From the sequence record MK373794.1: a stretch of DNA of 64,000 bases. One strand, given 5' to 3'. The notes below the pieces were generated by a model. That model saw only the letters and a list, made by a program, of their open reading frames with translations, had not been told where the DNA came from and did not search any database. Shown in pieces: positions 18,627-27,825 of the stretch. The position numbers were made by a program, and so were the translations under genes. This stretch comes from Escherichia phage vB_EcoS_HdK1. Every line of letters starts with the position of its first letter. Within the stretch, counting starts at the first letter, position 1.

Positions 18627-19055
18627 ATGTCTTCAGAAAACAAACAAGTATCCACTGAAGTTGCAAAGAAAGCTGTTGGTACATCTTTCCGTGACTTTAA
18701 CTTGAAAAAGAAATTAGAGAACGCTCCGCTGCTGCATTACCCGCTTGTTTTTCCAGGACAGGGCGATACAGGTCACTGGTTGAAAATTCGCAACCGCCAC
18801 AGCGAAGAATTTCGTCAAGCAGATTTAAAAGCACAACGTCAGATCAGTGCGCTTGTCGTTGCCAACGGATCTTTTGAAAAGATTGATAAGGACATGCTCG
18901 ACGATATCAATATGCGAGCGTTCTGTAAGTTGGTTGCTTCGTGGAGCTTCGAAGAAGAATGCAACGAAGACAATCTTCTTGAATTCTTTGATAATAACCC
19001 GTTTGCGTATGACGACATCAACCGTCTGGCAGCGCAAGATTCCCTTTTTTTCTAA
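18627..19055 (+). CDS. Tail assembly chaperone (G-like)
   Basis: 142-aa acidic protein between major tail and tape measure genes; ends at a slippery T TTT TTC heptamer. Confidence 0.65.
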   Translation: MSSENKQVSTEVAKKAVGTSFRDFNLKKKLENAPLLHYPLVFPGQGDTGHWLKIRNRHSEEFRQADLKAQRQISALVVANGSFEKIDKDMLDDINMRAFCKLVASWSFEEECNEDNLLEFFDNNPFAYDDINRLAAQDSLFF

Positions 19056-19447
19056 GATCCCGCGAAAAGCTAATTGATCACTTACTGCTCGAATGGCAAT
19101 TGCACAGTTGCCCGCCGGGCAGTAAGACTCCAACAATTAAACATCTCCAGCACGTTAAAAAAGTCACTGGTAAGACTCCCTCCTTACTAGCAAAGTACGA
19201 ATCCAGCTCCGTACCACACGAACTCAGATACATTTACAAGTTATTTCTTGACTTTTATAATGGTGATAAATTCAGTTACAGCGAATTTAACGCCTGGCAA
19301 GATTATATAGGTGTAGAACTTGATTTCAGAGAGCGTGAACTAATTCGGGCCAGATTTGTCTTGAACGGCAAGCATTTGATATTAGGCGTCAACAAGAACT
19401 TATGCAACACGCTCAGACCAATAATAAAGGAGGTAAATAATGGCTGA
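19046..19447 (+). CDS. -1 frameshift extension of the tail assembly chaperone (GT-like fusion product)
   Basis: The -1 frame is open from 19013 through the chaperone stop to 19447; slippery heptamer T TTT TTC at 19046..19052; the extension overlaps the tape measure start. Confidence 0.5.
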   Translation, partial: FFLRSREKLIDHLLLEWQLHSCPPGSKTPTIKHLQHVKKVTGKTPSLLAKYESSSVPHELRYIYKLFLDFYNGDKFSYSEFNAWQDYIGVELDFRERELIRARFVLNGKHLILGVNKNLCNTLRPIIKEVNNG

Positions 19448-22400
19448 TGCAGCTGACATCGTCATTAGAGTCCGTGCTGAAGGTATTCAGAATGCTGAAA
19501 CAGCACTGCGACGCTTGCAAGCGGCAGGTGTAAGAGTTGAGACTGTCAGCTCGCGTATGGAGAATGGTTTTCACCGTGCGGCTACAAGTGCTGACGCGTT
19601 CCATCATGCCATTAGTGCAATCTATACGGTAATGACTGTAACCACACTGACATCCTACGTCGGTGGGCTTGCTAAGTTATCGGATGCGTGGCTGGACGTT
19701 ACTAACAAACTGGCTAACGCCAACTCTGCAAACGAGCAGATGGTTGATATTCAAGAGCGAGTATTTGGTATCGCTCAAAGAACTCGTACGAGCCTGGAAG
19801 CTACGTCAACTCTTTATGCTCGTATGGAACGTTCACTGAACCAGTACGGTGTGACTGGTAAACAGGTCGCTCAGATCACTGAAACAATTAACAAGGCAAT
19901 GATTGTTTCTGGTGCAACCACTGCGGAATCCACTGCTGCTATTATCCAGTTCTCACAGGGTCTGCAATCTGGTGTGTTACGTGGGGACGAATTCCGTTCT
20001 GTAATGGAACAAGCTCCTCGTCTTGGTAAGATGATTGCAGATGGTCTTGGTGTTGGTACTGCTGGTCTACGCCAGATGGCTAACACTGGACAATTAACCG
20101 CTGATGTTGTTATTAACTCCATCTCTAAAGCTGCATCAACTATTGACGATGAGTTTAATCGTACAATACCAACGTTCTCTCAGCGAATGGAGATTGCGAA
20201 TAACAACTTAATTAAATTCGCGGGGAACGTCAACCTCGGTACAAACTGTGGTCAATTCAATGGGTGCTGTCATTGAAACTGCTACAGACCACCTCACCTT
20301 GCTGTCTAATGTCGCAATCGGTGTTGCTGCTATTGTTGGCGGTCGAATGATTACTGCACTGGCTGCACAGATTGCGGCATTCATAAAGCTCAACGCGATA
20401 CAAGCAAGTAGCTCGGCCATAAACATTAAGACTATTGATGGTATCACAAGATCCGCAGTAGCTCGATATAATGAAGCACAAGCAACGTTAGCACAGGTTG
20501 CAGCCGAGCGCACCAAGATTCAGGCAGCATTGCAAGCCAACCAAACGTATTATAAAGGTATAGCGACACTCAACGCATACATGCAGAATACGCGGCAGGT
20601 GCGCGAAGCTACGGAAGCGGTTGCTATTGCCCAGACTACCATGCAGGCGCGTATGTCTGCCGCGACCGTAGCGTCCCGTGTGCTTACTGTCACCATGACA
20701 GGACTGCGGACGGTAATGGGCTTGATGGGTGGACCTGTAGGTGTGGTCACATTGGCTGCTGCCGCATGGTTCATGTGGAGTCAAAATAGCAAACAAGCTG
20801 TCCAGGATGCACAGAACCTTGCTTCCTCCCAAGAAGATTTAAAGAACAAGTTAAAAGAAACAACTCTTGAACAGCAACGAGCTCTTAGTGTTCAGTTGCA
20901 ACGTGCCGCTATTACGTTGGACGAACAGATTGCCTCTGAAAACAGGGAGTTGGCTGAATTAAAGAACCGTCTTAGCACAGTAACGCGCTATCAAGCTGAA
21001 GCAACTGAAGGAACAAGCGAGTATAACCGACTCACTAAAGACCGTAAGGAATTAGAAGGTGATGTCGCTATTAAGATTGGTGAAATATCCACTCTTGAGC
21101 AAAAAGCACAACAGATTAAATCTAATTTAACGACTGTACTGAACAATTTAACTGCTGCTGTAATGGGTCACACCGATGCACTCAAAGCAGAAAACGAGCA
21201 GTTATCTATTAATATCAGTTCTGCTGCCGGTCGTTCGAAGGAGCTAGTTAGTGCAATCCAAGCTCAGAATAATGAGCTCGATGTTGCTCAATTGAAGATG
21301 TCTGGTCATGCACGACAAGCAAGCATCTTAAAAGATGCTCAGACAGCTCTTGGTAAGAAGTATAAAGAAAACGAATCGTTCATCCAAGAATTATATTAGC
21401 GGTCACGCTGACGCAACTGCTGTATTAACGGATGAGCAACGAGGACTGGTTGAATTTATCAACTTGTCTGGAAAGAACTATGACGCTCAGAAGAAGATCC
21501 ATGAACAGCAAGAAAAAGAACGTCAGAGTAAGAAAGACAATAAAGCTGCCATACGCTATGCTGAACAATGGGATAAAGCATATGAACGCGTAGAAGCGCG
21601 TGGTGCTACTGGTTTACAGCGTCTTAACTTACAGCAAGAAGCTGAAGTTCGTGCTATTCGTGATAAAGCTGAACGAGCTAAAGCATCTGAAGAAGAATTA
21701 CAGAATGCCTTACTGGCTATTCAACGTAAGTACGATCTGAAACGTGCAGAACTGGCAGAGCAGTACAAGCCAGGCGTTGCAATGGTGCGTGCGTACAAAG
21801 AAGCCCAGCAAGAAATAAATCAGTTGCTTGAAGCTGGTTTATTGACAGAGCAACAGGCATATACGGCTAGATTGAATTTGCAGGCGGATTATTATACAAA
21901 ACGTGCGCAAATGCAATCTGAATTGAACCCCGCTGGACAAGCTGCTGATCAAGAAGCTGCTGAACTTGCAACACTTAAATCCCAGTATGAAACAGCGATT
22001 GAATTAGCTACTGGTAAGGAAGAGCAACTAACCGCTATCAAAGAGAACTATGAGCGCATACGACACGACATTCAGTTGAAGTACGCTCAGAAGCAGATGC
22101 TCGCACAGAACCAGACGGCAATGGCTTACATTGAAAGTCTGAGCTCTATGGCTGGATCAATGACCACAATTATGGCGGCTGCTGGCGATGATGCTAGTGG
22201 TGCTTACAGGGTTATGTTCGCACTGTCTAAATCGTTCAGTATTGCTCAGTCGATGTTAAGTATTACTACCGCACTGTCGCAGGTGTTAGCAGATCCGACA
22301 GCATTGACACCGATGCAAAAGATGGCCAACTACGCGACTATTGCAGCCGCTGGTGCTAACATTATTTCGACATTATCCAGTGTCGCCCTTACTGGTATGG

Positions 22401-22702
22401 CTCACGATGGTATAGCCAACGTTCCAGAAGAGGGTACGTGGCTTCTGAATAAAGGTGAACGAGTTCTTAGTCCCCAACAGAACGCGGACTTTACTAACTT
22501 TATGAAGGGTCAATCAAATACTGGCAATAATTCGGGTGGGGGTGTTATCATTAACCAGAACTTTAACATCCAGGGTAATGGTGATGCAGCTTTGAAAAGC
22601 GCAGTTCAACAAGCTGCGAGAGATGGCGCCCAGCAAGGTTATAACATGGTACTCCAAGACTTTGCTAACCGTGGATCAATTAGAAAATTAGCGTTGGGGT
22701 AA
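19440..22702 (+). CDS. Tape measure protein, fragmented into three frames by apparent frameshifts near 20240 and 21390
   Basis: Three contiguous track ORFs (19440..20276, 20248..21399, 21335..22702), all Ala/Gln-rich and helical; about 1087 aa combined, located between chaperone and distal tail genes. Confidence 0.75.
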
Positions 22703-22704
22703 AG

Positions 22705-23295
22705 ATGGCGATATTAACCTGGCCTGAAGCCTTAAGACCTTCTACGATGGACTGGGATCTCGTATCTAACTCTGTAAAATTTACAAGCCCCTTCAACGGG
22801 GCTTCACAGGTTGTAGGATATCCAGGATCACGTTGGAAGGCGAGTCTTAAATTTAATAACTTGGACGATTGGGAATCCAGAAAGCTGGAAGTCCTTATCG
22901 CTAAGTTGGACGGCATGGTTGGCATGATAAAGTTACACGACTTCGGTAGATGGGGACGTCCACCAGTTGGGACACCTGTGGTCAAAGGAGCAAATAATAC
23001 CGGGACACAGATACAGTCAAGAGGTTGGCTCGCTAAACGCCTTGTTCTACAAGAAGGTGATTACATTACTGTCAACAACGAACTCAAACTTGTTACGGAA
23101 GATGTATGGAGCGACGCGAGTGGCCTTGCTACGGTGTACTTTGCACCTATGTTAAGAAATGTCCCACCTGACGGAGCTAAGATAGAGACTGAAAACCCAT
23201 TTGGATTGTTTCGTTTATCCGATAACACAAATGGCGTGTCCCGTCAACCTGCATTCAATAACTCGTTCACGTTAGAGTTTGAGGAGACTTTTTAA
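22705..23295 (+). CDS. Minor/distal tail protein (putative)
   Basis: ORF track; synteny directly after the tape measure. Confidence 0.5.
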   Translation: MAILTWPEALRPSTMDWDLVSNSVKFTSPFNGASQVVGYPGSRWKASLKFNNLDDWESRKLEVLIAKLDGMVGMIKLHDFGRWGRPPVGTPVVKGANNTGTQIQSRGWLAKRLVLQEGDYITVNNELKLVTEDVWSDASGLATVYFAPMLRNVPPDGAKIETENPFGLFRLSDNTNGVSRQPAFNNSFTLEFEETF

Positions 23296-23880
23296 ATGAT
23301 ATTTAGTCCGTTCAGTGACTCTTTATTGGACTCTATGGAACAACCTAGCGTCACGATGATAATTGCAGTTGCAATTTATTTTGATTCAGGAACAACGAGA
23401 GTCCATTCTGGTACTGGAGTATTATCCATTGATGGCCAGACATTCGTTGGTGTCGGTAATCTTGGTGATGTAGGTGGTGTCACGGAAGAGAATACTACCA
23501 GTGCAAGTACGATGTCTCTTACATTAAGTGGACTTGATATGACACTTGTTGGGCAGACACTCAATGAAAACTGCGTAGGACGCGATGTGAAATGTTATAT
23601 CGCTACTATGGATGAAAGAGGGCAAGTGACTAACGCTAACGTCCTTTTTGAAGGTTTTATTAGTGATACTGCAATGCAAGCTGGCACAACAAACGCTATC
23701 ACATATACGGTGTCAAATATATTTGAAAAGTGGTCTTCCGGTATACCGGATCGTTATACGGATGAAAGCCAACAGCGATTACATCCAGGAGACCGCTTCT
23801 TTAGATATGTTGCACAGATGGCGGAGCGTTCAATTTATTGGGGAAGTAAAAAAGATGCACCAGGATTCAACTACAATTAA
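23296..23880 (+). CDS. Minor tail protein (putative)
   Basis: ORF track; synteny. Confidence 0.5.
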   Translation: MIFSPFSDSLLDSMEQPSVTMIIAVAIYFDSGTTRVHSGTGVLSIDGQTFVGVGNLGDVGGVTEENTTSASTMSLTLSGLDMTLVGQTLNENCVGRDVKCYIATMDERGQVTNANVLFEGFISDTAMQAGTTNAITYTVSNIFEKWSSGIPDRYTDESQQRLHPGDRFFRYVAQMAERSIYWGSKKDAPGFNYN

Positions 23881-24289
23881 GATTCCAGGTTGGCAGACAC
23901 GCTTGCTAACCACAGTTAACTCCCTCAAAGAAGTTCCTTTCCAATGGGGTCAAAATGATTGCTGCATCTTTGCTGCTAAGTGTATTGATGCTCAATATGG
24001 TACAAAGATTGCGGATGAAGTTATCGGTCAATATGACTCCGAGATTAGCTGTAAACGCTTTATGCTAAAACGAGTCAAAGACACATCCTTAGCAATGGTT
24101 CTGGACTCATTCTTACCAGTTCGTGTAGACAGAAAGTTTGCTCAACGCGGTGACGTAGTGACATTTAACGGGGATCTTGGCTTAACTGCTGGGGTACTGT
24201 GGACAGGTTGCATCTGGGCGATGGGCCCGAATGGTGTTGTTACCTTTAAACTGGCGGACGTCGAAATCACAGACGCGTGGAGGGTGTAA
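23855..24289 (+). CDS. Tail assembly protein (lambda K-like, possible NlpC/P60-type Cys peptidase fold)
   Basis: In-frame ATG at 23855 within track ORF 23648..24289; contains WGQNDCCIFAAKCI; directly upstream of the J-like gene. Confidence 0.4.
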   Translation: MHQDSTTIKIPGWQTRLLTTVNSLKEVPFQWGQNDCCIFAAKCIDAQYGTKIADEVIGQYDSEISCKRFMLKRVKDTSLAMVLDSFLPVRVDRKFAQRGDVVTFNGDLGLTAGVLWTGCIWAMGPNGVVTFKLADVEITDAWRV

Positions 24290-27200
24290 ATGCCACCAGC
24301 AATAATTGGAGCTGTAGTTGCTATCGGGGCAGCGGCTGGCGCAGCGGCAGGTATTATCACAGCCACTACCGCGCTTGTGATTGGTATTGCTGCCAGTGCT
24401 GCTGGAGCTCTACTTACAAAAACTCAGAGCTATAACTTTGACTCCTATACACCTCAGAGCGAGCGTAAACAGGTTATTCGTGCCGCCGCTGCATCTAGAA
24501 CTGTGATTTATGGGACAACTGTGTCTAGTGGTGTTCTTGTATTTGCAGAAGAAGAACCAGGAGTACAAGATCCAGATAAACACGGTGAGAACTACGAGAA
24601 GTTGACTCTTGTATTGGCGTTAGCCGGACACGAACTGACAGAAGTAGGACAAGTGTGGTTAGGGGACGATCCAATAGGTACTTATGCTGGAAACGCATCC
24701 TATAAGGTATACAACAACCCTACTACGGTCAGTCAAGACATGTTAAATCGTTGCCCATCATGGAAAAGGGACATGATTGGTAAAGGTATCTGCTGGATGC
24801 AATTGAATCTAGTATATGATTCACAGAAGTTTCCAGCTGGGCTTCCTAATGTCAAATGTGTTAAGAAGGGGAGAAAAGTTCTAGACCCTAGAACTGGTCA
24901 GATGGTGTTTAGCAATAATGCCGCCCTTGTGATTTTGGACTATCTTCGAGTGTATCTTAAACGCGGAGACGATTCAATTCTTTGGGACCAGTTCAAAGAG
25001 GCCGCTAACATATGTGATGAAAGAGTTAAGAACGCGGATGACACGTTTGAATCCCGGTATACTATCAACGGGGAATTTGACATGGATGAAGCACCTTCCA
25101 AGATCCTGGAAGACATGCTTGACGCTTGCGGTGGGGAGTTGACTTATATCGGCGGTAAGCATGGTATCCTAGTAGGTGCATATTACGGGCCTCCTGAATT
25201 AACTCTGGATACGAGTTGCATTGCTGGTGACATTAAAATCACACCAGAGACAGCTTTTAAAGATCGAACTAATACAATCACAGGTACTTACATCGATCCT
25301 CTGCAAAACTATCAAGAAGCAGACTTCCCGTCTGTAAGTGTTTCTGAATGGGTACAACAAGACGGTCAAGAGATTACACAAGACGTCGATTATCGTTTTG
25401 TCACAAGCCCATATCAGGCTCAACGTCTAGCTAACTTGACGTTGAAACGCAAACGTATTGGTCGTTCCATCGAGATACCATGTAACATGCGTGGGTATCG
25501 TTTCCGTCCAGGTATGTATGTCTACGTTGACATTCCTAATATTGGAATGAACAAAGTAGAGATGCGTGTTATTAAGTGGCAGTTTGATCCGAAAGGTGGT
25601 GTCACTGTAACTGTACGTCAAGACTTCCCGGACTTATGGGACGATGCAATTGGCAAACCTGTAGAGCGACCAGATCTAGTGGATTTGCCTACTGGTGGCG
25701 CTATGCAACCTCAGAACCTACAATATGAAGTCTTACAAATTAGCGACGTTGTACAGGGTGTTCTGTCGTGGCAAAATATAATGGCTGTAGCCTACAACAA
25801 CGTAGTAATTAAGAAAGATGGTACTACCGTATTGACGGTGCAAGTACCGGGCCAGAGCACGCGGATTACGGGGCTTATTCGCGGCGCTTATACAGCACAT
25901 GTGAAAGCTGTGGCGTATACCGGCGCAACAAGTCCAGAAGCGTATCTTGAATTCAATATTCAAGCACCTTCCGCTCCTACGTCTGTTGAAGTGACGCAAG
26001 GCTACTTCGCAGTAACATTGAAACCAAAATCTGCAGATCTAGCTAACGTTAGTACACAATATGATTTCTGGACGTCCGGTGAAACAAGATTACCATCCGC
26101 CGCTGTAGACGTTGTAGAACGACAGGCCACCCGTGCTGGTATGGGCACAACGTGGACTTCAGAGGGGTTGCTTAATGACCACACTTATTACTGGTACGTG
26201 CGGGCAATTAATGCTTTTGGTTCTTCTTCATTTGTAGAGGTGGCTGCAAGATGCTTCACAGATGCTGCTGGCCTTATTCCGCAAATTGACACAGAGTTCA
26301 AAGGTACTAACACCTATAAAGAACTTATGGCTGAGATTGGAAGCGTCAGCGATGGTGTCAAGAGTTATGTGGACGACCAAATTGAAACCTCTGAAGGGCG
26401 CTTAACTCAAACAATAGATACAGTGCAACAATCTGTAGTTCTTGTTGACGGTAAAGTGCAGCAACAAGGCGTCACAATCAATGAACAGGGGCAGTTAATA
26501 GATGCTCAAGGTAAGTTAATTGAGACAAACGGCCAACAGATTAATGTGGTCAAAGCTACCGTACAGGAAGTCAGTAAGTCCGTTGTGGATCTTGAAGGTA
26601 ACGTCAACGCTCAGTGGGGTGCCAAGATCCAGGTGGATAGTAAAGGTCAAAAATACGTTGCCGGTATTCAGTTAGGTATGGAAGGTTCCGGTGGAGCTAT
26701 CCAATCTTACTTTATGGTCAACGCCAACAACTTTGCTATCTATAACCCAACTAACAGCACAGCGGATTTAGCATTTGCAGTTAAAAACGGTCAAGTGTTC
26801 ATGAAGGCAGCGTTCATTGAGAACGGTTCTATTGATAATGCTAAGATCGGTAACTATATTCAATCTAACAACTATGTAGCTGGTTCTGCAGGCTGGAAGT
26901 TGAATAAAGCTGGGGATGCTGAACTGAATAATGTTGTCGTGAGGGGTACGGTATATGCCACAAACGGTAGATTCACAGGCGAGATACAAGCAACTAGTGG
27001 GACATTTAAAGGTACAGTTGAAGCAAGTAGATTTATCGGGGATGTAGTCGCAATCTATACTTTCCCAGATATATTAAGTATAGGTACGGATATTTCCGGT
27101 GAGCAATATAAAGTATACACTTATAATGACTCGTCATCCTCCCCACAAGCAAGATCTGTTGTATTTGATTGTATAGTGAGAACTACAAATACTACAAATG

Positions 27201-27418
27201 GATATAAATTAAAACTAACATTAGCAGGTCAATATAGGGAATATGTATTCTATCAAACTAATACTATGATTCCTATAAAATTCGGAGTAAGTGGAGTTAC
27301 AACACGTAGTATACAACTGATTCTGGATACAGATAGGGGTAGTGGTACACATATAGATATAATAGCACCGACATTAACAATAGGGAGAGCTAGTGGTACT
27401 TTCACTGTAAGTGGATAA
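24290..27418 (+). CDS. Tail tip / central fibre protein (lambda J-like) with hydrophobic N-terminal segment and FN3-like repeats
   Basis: 1042 aa; hydrophobic Gly/Ala-rich N-terminus; FN3-like segment (..YYWYVRAINAFGSS..); synteny. Confidence 0.75.
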   Translation: MPPAIIGAVVAIGAAAGAAAGIITATTALVIGIAASAAGALLTKTQSYNFDSYTPQSERKQVIRAAAASRTVIYGTTVSSGVLVFAEEEPGVQDPDKHGENYEKLTLVLALAGHELTEVGQVWLGDDPIGTYAGNASYKVYNNPTTVSQDMLNRCPSWKRDMIGKGICWMQLNLVYDSQKFPAGLPNVKCVKKGRKVLDPRTGQMVFSNNAALVILDYLRVYLKRGDDSILWDQFKEAANICDERVKNADDTFESRYTINGEFDMDEAPSKILEDMLDACGGELTYIGGKHGILVGAYYGPPELTLDTSCIAGDIKITPETAFKDRTNTITGTYIDPLQNYQEADFPSVSVSEWVQQDGQEITQDVDYRFVTSPYQAQRLANLTLKRKRIGRSIEIPCNMRGYRFRPGMYVYVDIPNIGMNKVEMRVIKWQFDPKGGVTVTVRQDFPDLWDDAIGKPVERPDLVDLPTGGAMQPQNLQYEVLQISDVVQGVLSWQNIMAVAYNNVVIKKDGTTVLTVQVPGQSTRITGLIRGAYTAHVKAVAYTGATSPEAYLEFNIQAPSAPTSVEVTQGYFAVTLKPKSADLANVSTQYDFWTSGETRLPSAAVDVVERQATRAGMGTTWTSEGLLNDHTYYWYVRAINAFGSSSFVEVAARCFTDAAGLIPQIDTEFKGTNTYKELMAEIGSVSDGVKSYVDDQIETSEGRLTQTIDTVQQSVVLVDGKVQQQGVTINEQGQLIDAQGKLIETNGQQINVVKATVQEVSKSVVDLEGNVNAQWGAKIQVDSKGQKYVAGIQLGMEGSGGAIQSYFMVNANNFAIYNPTNSTADLAFAVKNGQVFMKAAFIENGSIDNAKIGNYIQSNNYVAGSAGWKLNKAGDAELNNVVVRGTVYATNGRFTGEIQATSGTFKGTVEASRFIGDVVAIYTFPDILSIGTDISGEQYKVYTYNDSSSSPQARSVVFDCIVRTTNTTNGYKLKLTLAGQYREYVFYQTNTMIPIKFGVSGVTTRSIQLILDTDRGSGTHIDIIAPTLTIGRASGTFTVSG

Positions 27419-27423
27419 AAAAT

Positions 27424-27447
27424 AGGCGCTCTATCGAGCGCCTATAA
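27424..27447. terminator. Bidirectional terminator between the convergent J-like gene and the minus-strand secreted-protein gene
   Basis: Perfect 8-bp inverted repeat AGGCGCTC..GAGCGCCT with A/T-rich flanks on both sides. Confidence 0.6.
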
Positions 27448-27448
27448 T

Positions 27449-27739
27449 TTATTTACAACCTTCAGACCAACCAATACGGTTCATAGCCGGTGAGCAATCA
27501 GGTTTGACTTTTTTACCTTTCATCCACTCAGCTTTAGCTTTACCAGCGGTAGTACCTTCGTAGATGGAAGTCTGGTGCTCAATGTTACTTACTCCACCAG
27601 TATGCCCGCCTAATGATGAACCACTACCAGGACCACCAGCTCCACCATTACCTGGACCACCAGTACCACCGGAAGGACCAGTCGCGTAAGCAAAAGTAGC
27701 AGTCATAGAAAGGATAATGGCGCAGATTAAAGTCTTCAT
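27449..27739 (-). CDS. Secreted Gly-rich small protein with signal peptide; opposite-strand insert in the tail module (candidate superinfection-exclusion or moron protein)
   Basis: N-terminus MKTLICAIILSMTATFAYA with AYA cleavage context; Gly-rich segment; two C-terminal Cys; AAGGAG ribosome-binding site. Confidence 0.5.
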   Translation of the reverse strand: MKTLICAIILSMTATFAYATGPSGGTGGPGNGGAGGPGSGSSLGGHTGGVSNIEHQTSIYEGTTAGKAKAEWMKGKKVKPDCSPAMNRIGWSEGCK

Positions 27740-27767
27740 TTCGAACTCCTTTATGTTTGTGTGTAAC

Positions 27768-27796
27768 AACTATATAGGGATATAATTTAAGATGTA
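27768..27796 (-). promoter_or_regulatory. Sigma70-like promoter for the secreted-protein gene (minus strand: -35 TTACAT, 17 bp, -10 TATAGT)
   Basis: Hexamers and spacing read from the reverse complement. Confidence 0.4.
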
Positions 27797-27825
27797 AACC
27801 CCGATCTTATATAAGGGCACAACTC

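Noticed and set aside
20208-20832. Minus-strand ORFs 20208..20516, 20257..20481, 20488..20832, 20550..20774 inside the tape measure gene
   Set aside because: Antisense to a strongly supported structural gene; Cys/His/Arg-rich junk translations.
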